From the NCBI GenBank assembly GCA_963817895.1, contig CAWFQB010000002.1, positions 32,001 through 96,000 on the forward strand: DNA of 64,000 bases, read 5' to 3'. Positions 41,278 to 52,986 of this stretch are shown here, in pieces; positions within the stretch are counted from its first letter, which is position 1; each line of letters begins with the position of its first letter. A model generated the notes under the pieces. That model was not told where the DNA came from, ran no database searches, and worked only from the letters and a program-made list of their open reading frames with translations. Source of the DNA: an uncultured Chthonomonadaceae bacterium. Its GTDB lineage: Bacteria; Armatimonadota; Chthonomonadetes; Chthonomonadales; Chthonomonadaceae. Made by a program: the position numbers and the translations under genes.

Positions 41278-43665
41278 CTACTTTGAGATGTTCAGCGGAA
41301 CGTCTACGACTGCTTTTGTAGGAGACAGGCAGGCGCGGTCGTTGCAGGACTGATACGTCAGTTCAAAATGCAGGATATGCTTGCTCGGCGACAGTTTGGA
41401 AGCGATTTGTACAACGGCTTGCAGCGTGATTTCGCCCTGATACACGGACAGCGTTTCTTTTGCGAAGGACGTTTTCAGGGTTTGGCCGTTTGGGTATTTG
41501 ACACTCGTAAGGGCGGCGTCCGGGGTGGCAGACAGGCGCAGGGTTGTGGGTATCAGAGTGGCGTCCGAAGCGACATGCGCGTTGACGTGCCAGCCGGAGG
41601 GGATACGAACTCGGATGGCGATAACGGCCTTCGCGCCGGGTATGGCCGTGATTGGCGCGGCCTGCAATTGCGCGGTTCCGGGGGCGTTGCCAACTTCTGC
41701 GCCTGCGCCGAGGGACTGGTACACGGTCAGCAGCAGGGGAAAGGCAGCGGGCGCGCGGGTTTCCAGACTGCCGAACGCCTGCACGGTTCGCGCCGCTTCC
41801 GTTCGCCACTGCGGTTTGCCCGTCAGCGCGGCAAGACGGGCGCAAACCTGCGCGGCCATGCCGTTTCCCGATGGCGTGGCGTTGTCGTCACCTGTTTTCA
41901 ACCGCGCCAGCAGATCGCTCTGATCCGATGTGTTGTAGAAGCCGCCGTTTGCCGTATCCCCGAACTGCGCGGTCATGCGGGTTGCCAGTTCCCCGGCGGA
42001 GGTCAGCCATTGCTTGTCCCCCGTAGCCGCGTACAGATCCAGCAGGCCGTTAGAAACAAACGCGTAATCCTCCAGCATCCCCCCGACTTCCGTTTTGCCG
42101 TCCCGGTAGTTGTGCATCAGTGTGCCGTTGATGGTCATTTTCTGAGTGAGAAAGCGGGCGGCTTCCACCCCCGTTTGCCGGTACGCGGGATTGATCAGAA
42201 CCTGCGAAGCGCGGGCGAACGCGCTTATCATCAGGCCATTCCAGCTTGCCAGAACTTTGTCGTCCGTATGAGGGCGAACCCGCTTGTTCCGCGCCGCCAG
42301 CATTTTCGCGCGCAGGCCGTTCAAACGAGTCGCCAGTTCTTCCGGCTTGAGGCTGTACTGCCGCATGAGTTCTGGCGACACTTCCGCCGAGTCTGGATTC
42401 CGGTGCAGGACACTTTTGCCGTCCAGATCGCCCATTGCCGTTATGCCATACGCTTCACAAAACAGCGCGGCATCATCGCCAAGAACTTCGACAACTTGCG
42501 CGGGCGTCCATAAATAGAACTTGCCCTCCTCGCCCTCGCTATCCGCGTCCAGCGTAGATTGAAAGCCGCCAGTGGAATCGCGCAATTCGCGCTGAACGAA
42601 CGCCAGCGTTTCTTCCACAACTTGGCGGTAGCGCGGGTTGTGGGTCAGTTCGTAAGCGTCCAGATACGCCTGCGCAAGCTGCGCCTGATCGTACAGCATC
42701 TTTTCAAAGTGCGGCACGCGCCAGAATTTGTCCGTGCTGTAACGATGAAAGCCCCCGCCAATCTGATCGTAAATGCCCCCTTCCGCCATGCGATCCAGCG
42801 TGGTTGTCGTCATTTCCAGCAGGGGCGCGGAATGAGTAGCGCGATAGCGGGCCAGCGCAAATCTCAATTTCGGCGCTTCGGGGAATTTCGGGCGCGTTCC
42901 AAAACCGCCGTTTTGCGCGTCGTATTCGTGGTTCAGGGTGGCGACAACCGTTTCCAACAGGGCGGGAGACACTTTCGCGCTCGATTTACCCGATGCGGAC
43001 GCGGATTTGGCAAGGGCGCGGGCGAGATTGTCCGCCGAGGCGCGTATCTGTTCCGGCTGCGTTCTGTTCACCTCGACAACTTTTTCCAGCAGCGGTTTGA
43101 ACTGAACCGGCGGGAAATACGTGCCGCCGAAAAACGGCTTGTGGTCGGGCGTGAGAAACACGGACAGGGGCCAGCCGCCCGAACCCGTCATCAGCTGCAC
43201 GGACAGCATGTACTGCGCGTCCAGATCGGGCCGCTGTTCGCGATCCACCTTGATGCAGACGAAATTGGCGTTCATAATTTGCGCGATCTCTTCGTTCTCA
43301 AAGTCCTCCCGCGCCATGACGTGACACCAGTGGCAGGCCGAATAGCCGATGGAAAGGAAAATAAGTTTGTTTTCCCGTTTGGCCTGCGCCAGCGCTTCCG
43401 CGCCCCAGGGCTGCCAGTTCACGGGGTTGTGCGCGTGTTCCAGCAGGTACGGGCTTGTCGCGCCGATCAGTTTGTTGGTGTATTTATAGGTTTGCGGTGT
43501 CGCCTGCTTCGATGCAGCGGGCGTTGCCGACGGCACATTGAGTTTTGGCGTTTCATCCCTCATGGGTTGTGGGGAACTGCATGCCAGCATGGGCGCGAAC
43601 GCGAGGAAACCGAACGCGCCAAACGCGCCAAACCGTTGAGGTCGTTGAGAATGATTGTATTGCAT
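41278..43665 (-). CDS. YyaL/SPATA20-like thioredoxin + (alpha/alpha)6 protein with C-terminal DsbD-N-like domain
   Basis: [53 protein letters not shown]; tail GWHVN...[10 protein letters not shown]; possible lipobox MLAC. Confidence 0.9.
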   Translation of the reverse strand: MQYNHSQRPQRFGAFGAFGFLAFAPMLACSSPQPMRDETPKLNVPSATPAASKQATPQTYKYTNKLIGATSPYLLEHAHNPVNWQPWGAEALAQAKRENKLIFLSIGYSACHWCHVMAREDFENEEIAQIMNANFVCIKVDREQRPDLDAQYMLSVQLMTGSGGWPLSVFLTPDHKPFFGGTYFPPVQFKPLLEKVVEVNRTQPEQIRASADNLARALAKSASASGKSSAKVSPALLETVVATLNHEYDAQNGGFGTRPKFPEAPKLRFALARYRATHSAPLLEMTTTTLDRMAEGGIYDQIGGGFHRYSTDKFWRVPHFEKMLYDQAQLAQAYLDAYELTHNPRYRQVVEETLAFVQRELRDSTGGFQSTLDADSEGEEGKFYLWTPAQVVEVLGDDAALFCEAYGITAMGDLDGKSVLHRNPDSAEVSPELMRQYSLKPEELATRLNGLRAKMLAARNKRVRPHTDDKVLASWNGLMISAFARASQVLINPAYRQTGVEAARFLTQKMTINGTLMHNYRDGKTEVGGMLEDYAFVSNGLLDLYAATGDKQWLTSAGELATRMTAQFGDTANGGFYNTSDQSDLLARLKTGDDNATPSGNGMAAQVCARLAALTGKPQWRTEAARTVQAFGSLETRAPAAFPLLLTVYQSLGAGAEVGNAPGTAQLQAAPITAIPGAKAVIAIRVRIPSGWHVNAHVASDATLIPTTLRLSATPDAALTSVKYPNGQTLKTSFAKETLSVYQGEITLQAVVQIASKLSPSKHILHFELTYQSCNDRACLSPTKAVVDVPLNISK

Positions 43666-43866
43666 AATGCTGTTCCTGTTCGCCACGCCTTGAGCAATCT
43701 CCTGCAAGCCCGCGATTCTAAAATCCTGACACAGAACTTTGGAACGCGCCTGTTGGTTGAAGCAGACATACGAAGGGCGCAGACAATAATCCTGCAAACA
43801 ATATAGAAGCGAAAATATAGCGCAAGAGAGCATAAAAGCAGGAATACAGGCGCGGGAGAACAAAAC

Positions 43867-44100
43867 ATGATACGAATCAGCGAGTGTTCTGAGACGGCAG
43901 GCGGGAAACTGTTTCTGGCAGGGCATCTCACGCCGCCCGGACTGTACGAGGACATCGAAACCCACCGGGAAATTCAACTGGAACAGGATGGTTATTTGCC
44001 TGCCCGTTTGGATGGGAGTATCGCCTGCTACGCCCGCGTGGAATCGCTGCCTTTCCCCGCAATCCTCTTGTCGGCGGAGGGCAAACACCAGAAGAGATAG
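43867..44100 (+). CDS. Small hypothetical protein
   Basis: RBS GGAG; 77 aa; [13 protein letters not shown]. Confidence 0.5.
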   Translation: MIRISECSETAGGKLFLAGHLTPPGLYEDIETHREIQLEQDGYLPARLDGSIACYARVESLPFPAILLSAEGKHQKR

Positions 44101-44121
44101 GTTCACGAAGGGGTGACATTT

Positions 44122-45738
44122 ATGTCGGTTCGCGCTCATGCTGCGGCATGGTTCTGCATGTTGCTTGTTTTTACAGGCTGCCTTCCACTCGCTTTTGCGG
44201 ATGAACGCTCAACCGCAAAACGCTTTGAAGCCGCCAAAATGGATGAGCCATCGCTTATCGCGTTTGTCAAAGCCATGCCCAAAGGGGCCGATCTGCATGT
44301 CCATGTGAGCGGCGCTGCGTATGCGGAATTCGCGCTCGACAACGCCATTGCCCGTAATCTTTTTTACGATCCTGTTACGAACCTGTTCAGCGCGGATGCC
44401 ACAACCCCGCATATTTTGGCGCAAGACCTGCTCAAAGGATCGAACTCCGGCCTGCTCGGCAAATTTCTGGACGCGGCCAGTATGCGCGGCTGGAAACCGG
44501 ATGCTGAAAGCGGACACGACCATTTTTTCGCCGCATTTGGTTTCATTGACAGCGCGCAAACCAATCGCCCGGACATAGATGTCAATGCCGAAGTGATTCT
44601 CCGCGCCCTGTCGCAGAACGAGCAGTACATGGAGTTGATGACGCGGGTTGCGCCCGACAGCGCGTATGCCCTGCTGCAATCGCCGCCCCCGATTGGCAAC
44701 GTCAACTCCGTATCGGATTTGCAGGCCGCGCTCACCCTGCTGAAGCCGCGCTTGAAGGAGTTCGCCGCGCAGTCGAAACTTTTTCTGGACGATTACGACG
44801 CGCAATTGGGGCAGCGCGTGAGCAAAGCGCAGGCGGAAATTTTACGGTTGCAGGCCGCGTCTGCAAACGCGCAAGCAACGGCGGGGCCGGTTTCCAGCGC
44901 GCCTGTCACCAGCCCGCAAAGCCCGATTACGGCGCGTTACATCGTATCAGCCAACCGACTGAAAGCGGACAGCGACTTTTTCGCCGTACTCGCGGCGGGA
45001 ATGGCGCTGATGCAAACGGACAAGCGCGTTGTCGGCGTCAATATCGTCGCGCCCGAAGATCACCCGTTCGCGCGGCAGCATTTTACCAGCCAGATGCGGA
45101 TACTGGATTTTCTCTGGCAGCAGTTCGGGCATCCCAACATCACGCTTCACGCGGGGGAACTGACGCCCACGATTTCACCCATCGAAACCATGCAAACACG
45201 CATCCGCGATTCCATTCAGGTCGGACATGCGCGGCGTATCGGACACGGCGTATCTATCGCGTGGGAGGATAATCTGGCAGAACTGCTGCGCGATATGCGC
45301 AAACAGGGCGTAGCCGTCGAGATTTGCCTGACCAGCAACGCGGCGATTCTGGGCGTGGAGGGCAGCCGCCATCCGTTCGCGCTGTATCGCAAAGCGGGCG
45401 TACCCGTTACGCTCAACACGGATGATGAGGCTATCAACCGCAGTTCGCTGACAATGGAGTTTGTCCGGGCCGCCCGAACTTATAATCTCTCGTATGCGGA
45501 CGTGAAAACGCTGGCGCGTAACAGCATCGCGTACTCGTTCCTGTCCGGTGACAGCCTGTTTCTGGACAGGCAATACCATAATCTGCGCCCTGCATTTGCC
45601 GGAATCGCGCATCCCGGCTGGAAACCGTCTGCGGAAGCGCAACACCTGCTCGACGCTTCGGAAAAGATGCAGGTTCAGGCGCGATTGGAGCAGGCATTCG
45701 CGCGTTTTGAAGACCTACCCGCTGATGATACGCCATAG
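44122..45738 (+). CDS. Adenosine deaminase family protein with signal peptide
   Basis: [36 protein letters not shown]. Confidence 0.9.
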   Translation: MSVRAHAAAWFCMLLVFTGCLPLAFADERSTAKRFEAAKMDEPSLIAFVKAMPKGADLHVHVSGAAYAEFALDNAIARNLFYDPVTNLFSADATTPHILAQDLLKGSNSGLLGKFLDAASMRGWKPDAESGHDHFFAAFGFIDSAQTNRPDIDVNAEVILRALSQNEQYMELMTRVAPDSAYALLQSPPPIGNVNSVSDLQAALTLLKPRLKEFAAQSKLFLDDYDAQLGQRVSKAQAEILRLQAASANAQATAGPVSSAPVTSPQSPITARYIVSANRLKADSDFFAVLAAGMALMQTDKRVVGVNIVAPEDHPFARQHFTSQMRILDFLWQQFGHPNITLHAGELTPTISPIETMQTRIRDSIQVGHARRIGHGVSIAWEDNLAELLRDMRKQGVAVEICLTSNAAILGVEGSRHPFALYRKAGVPVTLNTDDEAINRSSLTMEFVRAARTYNLSYADVKTLARNSIAYSFLSGDSLFLDRQYHNLRPAFAGIAHPGWKPSAEAQHLLDASEKMQVQARLEQAFARFEDLPADDTP

Positions 45739-45867
45739 GAAGATACGCCATAGGCGTATAGTAAAATACGCCGTTTGTAGTGTCACATTCAGAGCATACT
45801 GCCGTATTTTAGCAATGTGCCGCGCCGTTGCGGATACAATCAAAATACATACAGGAGCCACATTGTC

Positions 45868-46194
45868 ATGAAGCAAATGTCAACATCTTCTCGCGCCGTT
45901 CGTTTCAGCGCGGTTCTCGGCCTTGCCGGGGTGTTCGCCGGATTGACCACTGCCATGCCCGCCGAAGCGCAGGACTGGCACTACCATCACTGGAAAGACA
46001 ATACTGTTCAGCGTCTGGATCGCGAAGCGATTCGTCGCGACGAGAACAAACTGCGCGATCTGTACGACCAGCGCAGCATCGCGCAACGCAATCACAACCG
46101 GGACCGCGTCCACAGTCTGGATCGCCGTATCAGCGACCTGCGCCTGCGTCTCGATAGCAACCGCTACGAACAGCGCCGCGACATGCATCGGTAA
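45868..46194 (+). CDS. Small secreted Arg/Asp-rich helical protein
   Basis: RBS AGGAG; signal peptide ending AEA. Confidence 0.65.
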   Translation: MKQMSTSSRAVRFSAVLGLAGVFAGLTTAMPAEAQDWHYHHWKDNTVQRLDREAIRRDENKLRDLYDQRSIAQRNHNRDRVHSLDRRISDLRLRLDSNRYEQRRDMHR

Positions 46195-46279
46195 CGGCTT
46201 CGCAGGCGTAAACGCCGAAGCTTCTACGGTCTTGCGCCGTTTCCACACCGCCCTGTGGAAAGTCTGTTCGTGATACAGG

Positions 46280-46323
46280 AAATCGCCAATCCCCCTTGAT
46301 TTATCAAGAGGGATTGGCGATTT
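46280..46323. terminator. Bidirectional terminator
   Basis: AAATCGCCAATCCC...GGGATTGGCGATTT between convergent genes. Confidence 0.8.
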
Positions 46324-46331
46324 GAATTCTG

Positions 46332-48500
46332 CTAAAAGTTGAAGCAGGGAAGGGTGATTGCGCCGAAGGTGGCGTCCGGTCTGGCGACGTACAGGAGGGA
46401 ACCGCCCGCGCCGCGGAAATCCAGCGAGTTTACGCCCGTTCCAAGCTGGTCGTCATAGCGCAGGGCTACTGTGCCGTCGTAAATGTTCAGCGCGGTCAGG
46501 ATGCCGTTACGCCGTCCCGTGTTCGTGTCCAGCGTGTAGCCGCCGAAAATCAGATGCTCGCCGGAGGGACTCAGCTTCATGCTGCTGATGGTTTCCGGGG
46601 TATCCAGCCGATGGATTAGTTTGAGGTTCGCGTCATACGTTTGTACCGCGCCGGAAACGGCAAGGGTTTTATAGTTGCTGGCCGATTCGCTCATCAAAAC
46701 GCGCTTGCCATCGGGGCTGAAAGCGAGCGCTATGACATACAGCGCGGTATCGGTGGGATGCAGGGCGGCAAGATTGGTCGTCGCCAGCGGTTTCCCATTT
46801 TGAACGTTACAGGTCGTCAGACTGCCCACTGTGGAACTGCCGGTCGCGTCCAGACCGTCCACGCCGATTGCGATCTGCTGATTGTTCGAGGAGAAGGCGG
46901 CGGCAATGTCTATGCCCTGACTGACTTCGCCCGCCGCGAACGCGAAGGCGTTGATTTGCCGTTGTCGCTGCCAGTCGGATACCCGGAAAATCTCTACGGA
47001 TTTATACTGAATGTTGTTGACAGCCTTCGAGATTCCCATGACCGCCGCCAGAGTTCCATCCGGGGAGAAAGCCACGTCCACGACAACGCTCAACTGCGAA
47101 GTGACGGCGAAGGCTGTCGCGCCATCCGGCTGAATGATCTTGATCTGCTTTTTCGCGCCGCCATCCAGAAAGACCATGTTCGCGCTGTTCGGCACGAAGC
47201 GGTTGAAGCCGGTTGTGCGGGGCGGCGCGGGCAGGGGCTTGCCGGTACACGCGCTGTAAAAGGCGAGTGTGCCGTAAATATCCTGCACGGCAAGGGTATC
47301 ATTGACATCGCAAACGGCGACTGTGTTCACGCCATTATGAATTCGGGTAAACGCGCCCTGAACGGAAGCGTCGGATGTGGCGTAGCGGTTTACGTCCAGA
47401 TCATTGCTGGACGCGCAGAAGGTTTTACCGTTCGGGTCAAAGGCCACCGCGTTGATAAGGCTTTGCGTCAAAATGCCGCTGGTGTAACTGCGCTGCCCGT
47501 TCACGCCCCATAACTCCACAGCCCCGCGATGATAGGTAAGATCGTAAGTGGCATCGTACACGTCTTTGTACCCGCCGCCCAGAATGTTCTTGCCGGTCGC
47601 ATCGAAAGTAACCGCGTCAATGTAGGCCAGTTTACCGGTCAGCGTGGATTGAAGTTTCAGGGTCGCGCTGTTCCATAGCTCGATAGTTCCCATTCCCGCC
47701 GCATTGCCGCCGCACACGGCAAACGTGGTTTTGTCGGGCGAGAAGGCGAGTCCACGCGCGTAATTGAGTTTGGTCGGCAGGTCTTTCAGCAGGATTCCCG
47801 TGACCGGGTTCCAGCGCTGCAAAACCGGAGTTCCCTGATTGGTCGTGTAGTCGTAGTGATAGCCTGCGGCGAGAAGCGTCTGGCGATCCGGCAGATAGGC
47901 CAGTTTGCCGATGCGCTCCGCCGTGTCCATCGTCTTCAGCAACGTATGGTCGGCGATACGATACGTTTCAATCTTGCCCTCGTCCAGAGAAGTGCTTGAA
48001 TTGTGGAGGTATCCGGCGTCCACCAGTTGGGTTCCATCGGGCGAAAAGGCGACGACGGTAATGTCCCATCGGGTTGTCGGCAAATTGGCGATCTGGTCGC
48101 CGGAGGCCACATCGTACACGCTGACCGCCCCGTTGAAACCCGCGTTGCCGGGAACCGCGATATAGGTCGAGCCGCCGGCAGCGATTTTCGCGCCGTCCGG
48201 TGAAAACGCCACGCAGTACAGGGAGGTCGCGTCTGTGGAAATCGTTCGGAGAAGCTGCGTGGTTTTGGCGTCCCAAATCTTGATGGTTCCGTCCGGCGAG
48301 GCGGTCGCCAGCAGTTTGCCATTGGGAGAAAGCGCGAGTTCCTCGTAGCCATAGTCCGGGTTTCCCGTGTGTCCGCCCACTGTCCACCGGTACGGGGCTT
48401 CGTTCTGCCCGAACTGCGCCCTTGCGGGAACCGTCAGTACGCCCGCGCAGGCCGTCAGCGAGAAAAGGGTAAGGGGGATTGTGTTTATTCTAAGTCTCAT
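46332..48500 (-). CDS. Secreted WD40-repeat protein
   Basis: Signal peptide; repeated AFSPDG and DGTIKIWD. Confidence 0.88.
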   Translation of the reverse strand: MRLRINTIPLTLFSLTACAGVLTVPARAQFGQNEAPYRWTVGGHTGNPDYGYEELALSPNGKLLATASPDGTIKIWDAKTTQLLRTISTDATSLYCVAFSPDGAKIAAGGSTYIAVPGNAGFNGAVSVYDVASGDQIANLPTTRWDITVVAFSPDGTQLVDAGYLHNSSTSLDEGKIETYRIADHTLLKTMDTAERIGKLAYLPDRQTLLAAGYHYDYTTNQGTPVLQRWNPVTGILLKDLPTKLNYARGLAFSPDKTTFAVCGGNAAGMGTIELWNSATLKLQSTLTGKLAYIDAVTFDATGKNILGGGYKDVYDATYDLTYHRGAVELWGVNGQRSYTSGILTQSLINAVAFDPNGKTFCASSNDLDVNRYATSDASVQGAFTRIHNGVNTVAVCDVNDTLAVQDIYGTLAFYSACTGKPLPAPPRTTGFNRFVPNSANMVFLDGGAKKQIKIIQPDGATAFAVTSQLSVVVDVAFSPDGTLAAVMGISKAVNNIQYKSVEIFRVSDWQRQRQINAFAFAAGEVSQGIDIAAAFSSNNQQIAIGVDGLDATGSSTVGSLTTCNVQNGKPLATTNLAALHPTDTALYVIALAFSPDGKRVLMSESASNYKTLAVSGAVQTYDANLKLIHRLDTPETISSMKLSPSGEHLIFGGYTLDTNTGRRNGILTALNIYDGTVALRYDDQLGTGVNSLDFRGAGGSLLYVARPDATFGAITLPCFNF

Positions 48501-48765
48501 TGTCGCGTATCCTTATGTTTGCAAGCGATTGGGAACTCTGCCGCGAATTCCTTGCAAAGCGCCATTCGGCAACATCCCGCGCGGACACGCCATTGATGTC
48601 CGGCATCGCGCTGCCTGATGTTGATAGCAGGATACGCGCCCCGCGTGACACTATCATAACAGTATCGTGATATTTGGCGGTCAATTCGTGATATAATAGT
48701 TAGGACTTATCCCCTTTGCCAATTTGCCGTTTTACCGGCTGCCCTCACTTTCTGAAAGGCCGAAT

Positions 48766-49863
48766 ATGAACACTGATCCCACGCGCGCTCTGGAAGAGGG
48801 CGTCCGTCTGCTGCAATCCAATGATTTTACCAATGCCCTTGCCGCCTTGCAGCAGGCCATACAGCAAAACCCGCAGGATGGCCGCGCATACGGCTTTATG
48901 GGCATCGCGTATGCGCGGCTGGGCGACCTGAACGCGAGCGTCTGGGCGTTGCAGGAGGCGGCGCGATTGCAGCCGCAGGATTCCACCGCGCAGTACAATC
49001 TGGCTGTCGGACTGATGCAGGCGCAGCGAACAGGGGAAGCGCAGGGCGCTCTGGAACAGGCGCTTCGCCTGAACCCGAACAATGACCGCGCCCACGCCGC
49101 TCTGCAAAGCCTGTCCGCCGCGCCCCTGACTCCCGCACCGTATCCGCAGGCGCAACCGCAAGCTACCGCGTATCCCGCGCCCGCATACCCCACGCCGCCC
49201 ATGCCCGCGCCTGCGCCACAGCCGGGTTACGCTCCCAACGCTGCGCCTGCGCCCATGCCGCTGAATGTGCCCCCGCCTATGTCGTTGAGCGGCGAACCCA
49301 TGCCCGCGCCCGCCCCCAATTACGCCAATTATTCGGTTCCTTCCGCGTCCAACATGCCGCCGCCAAATTATGCCGGGACAGCGGGCGGCATGGGTTACGC
49401 GCCGACGGGAACCCCCGCGCCGAACATGGGCGGGATGCAGTACGCTCCGCAGCCACAAGCGCAGCGGCGCGTTTCCGAGCCGCCCTCCGCCGGTAAGCGC
49501 GTTCTGCGCGGCCTAGGTTGGGGCGCAGTGTTCGGGCAATGGTGGACGCTGTGGGAGATGATTTCAAGTCTGCTCTGGCATAGCGGCGAACACGCCTTCA
49601 TCTATTATGTTATTGCTATCCTGATTTTAGCGCCTATTTTTGCCGTTATGGGCAGCATTATGGGGCTGGTTATTGGAGCGATGGATGCTCATCAGGACAC
49701 CGGAGCCATCGTTGGAGTAGTGTTTGGATTGATTATTCTGGGACTGAAGTTTTTCCTGATGCAGAGTGGCACAGTCTTTCTCGGTATATTCTTCTGGGTG
49801 GTTACGGGCCGATTTATTGGCAGTAACATCGCCATGCGCGTACAGCAGTTCGTCGAGGCATAA
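48766..49863 (+). CDS. TPR + Pro-rich linker + C-terminal multi-TM protein
   Basis: Three TPRs, a PAPA/PPM-rich linker and about four hydrophobic helices. Confidence 0.8.
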   Translation: MNTDPTRALEEGVRLLQSNDFTNALAALQQAIQQNPQDGRAYGFMGIAYARLGDLNASVWALQEAARLQPQDSTAQYNLAVGLMQAQRTGEAQGALEQALRLNPNNDRAHAALQSLSAAPLTPAPYPQAQPQATAYPAPAYPTPPMPAPAPQPGYAPNAAPAPMPLNVPPPMSLSGEPMPAPAPNYANYSVPSASNMPPPNYAGTAGGMGYAPTGTPAPNMGGMQYAPQPQAQRRVSEPPSAGKRVLRGLGWGAVFGQWWTLWEMISSLLWHSGEHAFIYYVIAILILAPIFAVMGSIMGLVIGAMDAHQDTGAIVGVVFGLIILGLKFFLMQSGTVFLGIFFWVVTGRFIGSNIAMRVQQFVEA

Positions 49864-49881
49864 GTCTGACGGGAACATCTA

Positions 49882-52236
49882 ATGCAAACTGAAACCATTT
49901 CCGTTTCTTGCGCAGCCTGCCGTCGCCTGAACCTGCCGGGGGGCGTCCGCTGCATCTATTGCGGTACGCCCTATCCGCCTGTTGTGGATTTCGATCTCGG
50001 GCTGTCGCCTGCGCCCGCAGTGGCGGTTCCCCCATCTGCCCCTGCCGCAGCTACGCCAAATACGACTACTTCGGCAGACGCGGCGCAGCAACAGGGCAAA
50101 AAGACGGGACTGCTCGGTTCCCTTGCTCTGCTGCTGTTCAAAGGCAAGTCGCTGCTGTCGCTGCTGAAACTGGGCAAGGTGGCGCTCACGCTGTCCACGA
50201 TGATACTCTCCATCGGCGTGTACTCGCGGCTGTATACATGGCGGTTCGCGATTGGCTTTGTCGTTTGTATTCTGATACACGAACTCGGCCACGTGGTTGT
50301 CTTTCGCCGCTATGGACTGAAGCAGACCGCGCCCATGTTCATACCGTTTGTGGGCGCGTTGATTTTCCTCCGGTCGTTCCCCGAAAACCCCACGATTAAG
50401 TCGGAGGGCGGCGCGGGCGGGCCGATTGCGGGCGCGTTCGCCGCCGTTGTTTGTGTCTTGATTGGCAACGTCACCCATCACCCGTTCTGGTACGCGCTTG
50501 CCGCCAGTGGATTCATCATTAACCTGTTCAACCTGATACCGATTATGCAGTTGGACGGGGCGCATATCCTGTCCGTATTTTCGCCCAAAGTCTGGAACGG
50601 CGCGATGCTGGCGATGCTGCTGATCGCCATTAAAGCCCCGGTTCCTATGGTATGGATAATTCTGGCGACAAACGTGATGGCCCGCCTGACGCAGCAACCG
50701 AGTCCGCGTTACCTGTTGGCGCGTCCCGGCGCGCGGCTGCGCATGGCATTGGTCTACGTTCTGCTGTGCGTCGGGCTGAGTTACGGTATTCAGATAACCT
50801 CCAACTTCCGTGGGACGGAAGTTCGTCCCGAATTTGCAGGTAGGAGTGTCCGCGAGTCACAAACGACAGGCAACGATTTACAGGTTCCCGCAACAACGCG
50901 CCCCCCCAACCCACTGGATACGATTTTCGGCCAATTCGATCCTGAATTGACGTATCAGCAGTCCAACACGATCACCATCTTTATCGTTGCAATGGGAAGC
51001 GTAGGCGTGGTGGCGGGAGTTCTCTGGACATTTACCTCCTTTCTGCTGGCGCAGATTTGCGGGCTACGGTTTGGTCCGCGCTTTCTCGCCCCTGCCGGAA
51101 GCATGGTCGCCCTGTTCGCGCTGACAATCATAGTGGAAAAACAGTTGTCCGCGTCGTGGCATGATTTTCTGGTTACGGTGGGCGCGTACATTATCGCTGC
51201 CTTGACCGCACTCATTTATGCCGGGGTTCAATCGGCGCAGGCGAAACGAAAACAAACCCATTTGCCATATTTGATGCTGCTGGCAGGGTGTTTGAGTTGG
51301 GCGGGCGGGGGCGCGTTGCTTGTCGCGTATGCGTTCGACAGTTGGATCGCGGCGGGAATAGTGGGGATGTGTGCGATAGTTTTTCTGGCCCGTTACCCGT
51401 TTCTGGCGGTGGGCAAGGCGGCGGAATGGGCGAACGATCTTGGCGAACACGCCCGCGCCGAGGCATTGCTGCGCCGCGCCCTCGCATTCCGCCCGGAACC
51501 CGCTGCGCAGGCGCAATTGTGGGAACGGTTGGGGCGAATGTGCCTGTTGCAGGACCGGGGCGGCATCGCGCTGGAAGCGCAGGACGCGAAAGAGGCGCTG
51601 TTCGCCGCCAATGCCGCTGACGGGCAGCCGTTCGCGCCAACCCTTTCCGACTTGCAGCAGCGGGCGTCCGCGCTGATGCTGCTGGATCGGTTTGAGGACG
51701 CGCTGGCCTGCTGCGAACGGATGCTGCAGCCGACCCCGGAGGGCGCTTCCGGCGGATTACGGCTGCTCACGGTTCATCTGCGCCTGAGCCGCCTCGCCCT
51801 GCTTCGGGGCTGGGGCGATGAGGCCGTCGCGCAGTCCGACTGGTGTTTGCGCGCGTCCGCCCAACTATCGAAAATATTCACGGCCCGTATTCACGCGGGA
51901 CGCGCCGCCGCTCTGGTTCAGCAGGGACAGACGGACGCGGCTTTGCAAGAGTGCAGGCTGGCCGGTGAGGCGGCGAGTGAAACGTATACGCAGGCGTGGA
52001 TAGCCGCAATGGAAGCGCAGGCGCATTTGCTGGCGGGAAACGCGGCGCAGGCGGAGAAGGAGGCGCAGCGGGCCACGCGGCTGATGCCCGAAAACCTGCA
52101 ATTTCGTTACTGGCGCGGGCGCGTTCTGCTGGCGCAGGGGCAGGCGGAGGGCAAAACCCTGCTGGCGGAGATGGCAGCCACATTCCCGCAGGAGCATTGG
52201 GGCCGCGCCGCAAAGAACGCGCTTTCCTCTGGATAG
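49882..52236 (+). CDS. Site-2 protease (M50) with N-terminal Zn ribbon and C-terminal TPRs
   Basis: CAAC..CIYC; HELGH; GGP; NLFNLIPIMQLDG; additional TMs, then TPRs. Confidence 0.88.
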   Translation: MQTETISVSCAACRRLNLPGGVRCIYCGTPYPPVVDFDLGLSPAPAVAVPPSAPAAATPNTTTSADAAQQQGKKTGLLGSLALLLFKGKSLLSLLKLGKVALTLSTMILSIGVYSRLYTWRFAIGFVVCILIHELGHVVVFRRYGLKQTAPMFIPFVGALIFLRSFPENPTIKSEGGAGGPIAGAFAAVVCVLIGNVTHHPFWYALAASGFIINLFNLIPIMQLDGAHILSVFSPKVWNGAMLAMLLIAIKAPVPMVWIILATNVMARLTQQPSPRYLLARPGARLRMALVYVLLCVGLSYGIQITSNFRGTEVRPEFAGRSVRESQTTGNDLQVPATTRPPNPLDTIFGQFDPELTYQQSNTITIFIVAMGSVGVVAGVLWTFTSFLLAQICGLRFGPRFLAPAGSMVALFALTIIVEKQLSASWHDFLVTVGAYIIAALTALIYAGVQSAQAKRKQTHLPYLMLLAGCLSWAGGGALLVAYAFDSWIAAGIVGMCAIVFLARYPFLAVGKAAEWANDLGEHARAEALLRRALAFRPEPAAQAQLWERLGRMCLLQDRGGIALEAQDAKEALFAANAADGQPFAPTLSDLQQRASALMLLDRFEDALACCERMLQPTPEGASGGLRLLTVHLRLSRLALLRGWGDEAVAQSDWCLRASAQLSKIFTARIHAGRAAALVQQGQTDAALQECRLAGEAASETYTQAWIAAMEAQAHLLAGNAAQAEKEAQRATRLMPENLQFRYWRGRVLLAQGQAEGKTLLAEMAATFPQEHWGRAAKNALSSG

Positions 52237-52306
52237 GCCATCATTGGGCGCGTTGCAAATTTAAGGCGTTGCCGCGCCGGGTATTGATAATACCTGACAG
52301 GAAAGC

Positions 52307-52336
52307 GCAAGCGTCCCGCGTTCGCGGGACGCTTGC
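52307..52336. terminator. Hairpin between convergent genes
   Basis: GCAAGCGTCCCGCG-TT-CGCGGGACGCTTGC. Confidence 0.6.
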
Positions 52337-52353
52337 TAGAGAGTTGCGTCCGC

Positions 52354-52986
52354 TCATCCCTGTATCCGATACGTACACGTATGGTCGCCGGCCAGAATGT
52401 ACTTTTCACGATGGACTTCAACATCGCCAAGCAGTTGTTTCAGCATTTGCATCTCGTTGCGGCAGCAGGCGTTGGGATACAGACTGGCGACGGCGCATAT
52501 CGAACAGTTATGCTGCACAAGCCGCCACTCGCCCGCCTCTTCTCCTTCTATTGCTTCCGCCATGAAGCCGAATTCCGTCTGAATACGGGCCAACTCCTGC
52601 ACCCTGTCCCGCAGTGGCTTGTCGGCCAAACGGCGCTGTAGTCTCTCTACGGTTCGTTCGCGCATACGGGCAAACAGCGTTTGTATGGCTTCCTCGCCCT
52701 GCAACTCGCTCAAACTCTCCAGCAGAGCGTTGGTCAGGCCGGGATAGCGGCGAGCAAACGTCTCGTCACCATGCGGCGTCAGGCGATAACGGTGCGAAGG
52801 CCGGCCCAGACCGCGCCGCTCCACCGAAATAGAGATGATATTCTCGGCTTCCAGGGAGGCAAGGTGCTGACGTACCGCAACCTGAGAAATGGACAACTCC
52901 CGCGCCAGTTCTTCGGCGGTCATTGTTCCCTTCCACTTGATGGCAGTGAGTATCTCCTGCCGGGTAATTCCATTTGCGCGTGACAT
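52354..52986 (-). CDS. SufR-like / ArsR-type HTH regulator with C-terminal Cys cluster
   Basis: AVRQHLASLE, GRPSHRYRLT, HNCSI..ACCRNE..HTCTY. Confidence 0.8.
   Translation of the reverse strand: MSRANGITRQEILTAIKWKGTMTAEELARELSISQVAVRQHLASLEAENIISISVERRGLGRPSHRYRLTPHGDETFARRYPGLTNALLESLSELQGEEAIQTLFARMRERTVERLQRRLADKPLRDRVQELARIQTEFGFMAEAIEGEEAGEWRLVQHNCSICAVASLYPNACCRNEMQMLKQLLGDVEVHREKYILAGDHTCTYRIQG

Noticed and set aside
43666..44139. 158-aa N-terminal extension of the YyaL-like ORF
   Set aside because: It overlaps a plus-strand ORF and the deaminase start; ATG 43665 precedes a plausible lipoprotein signal.
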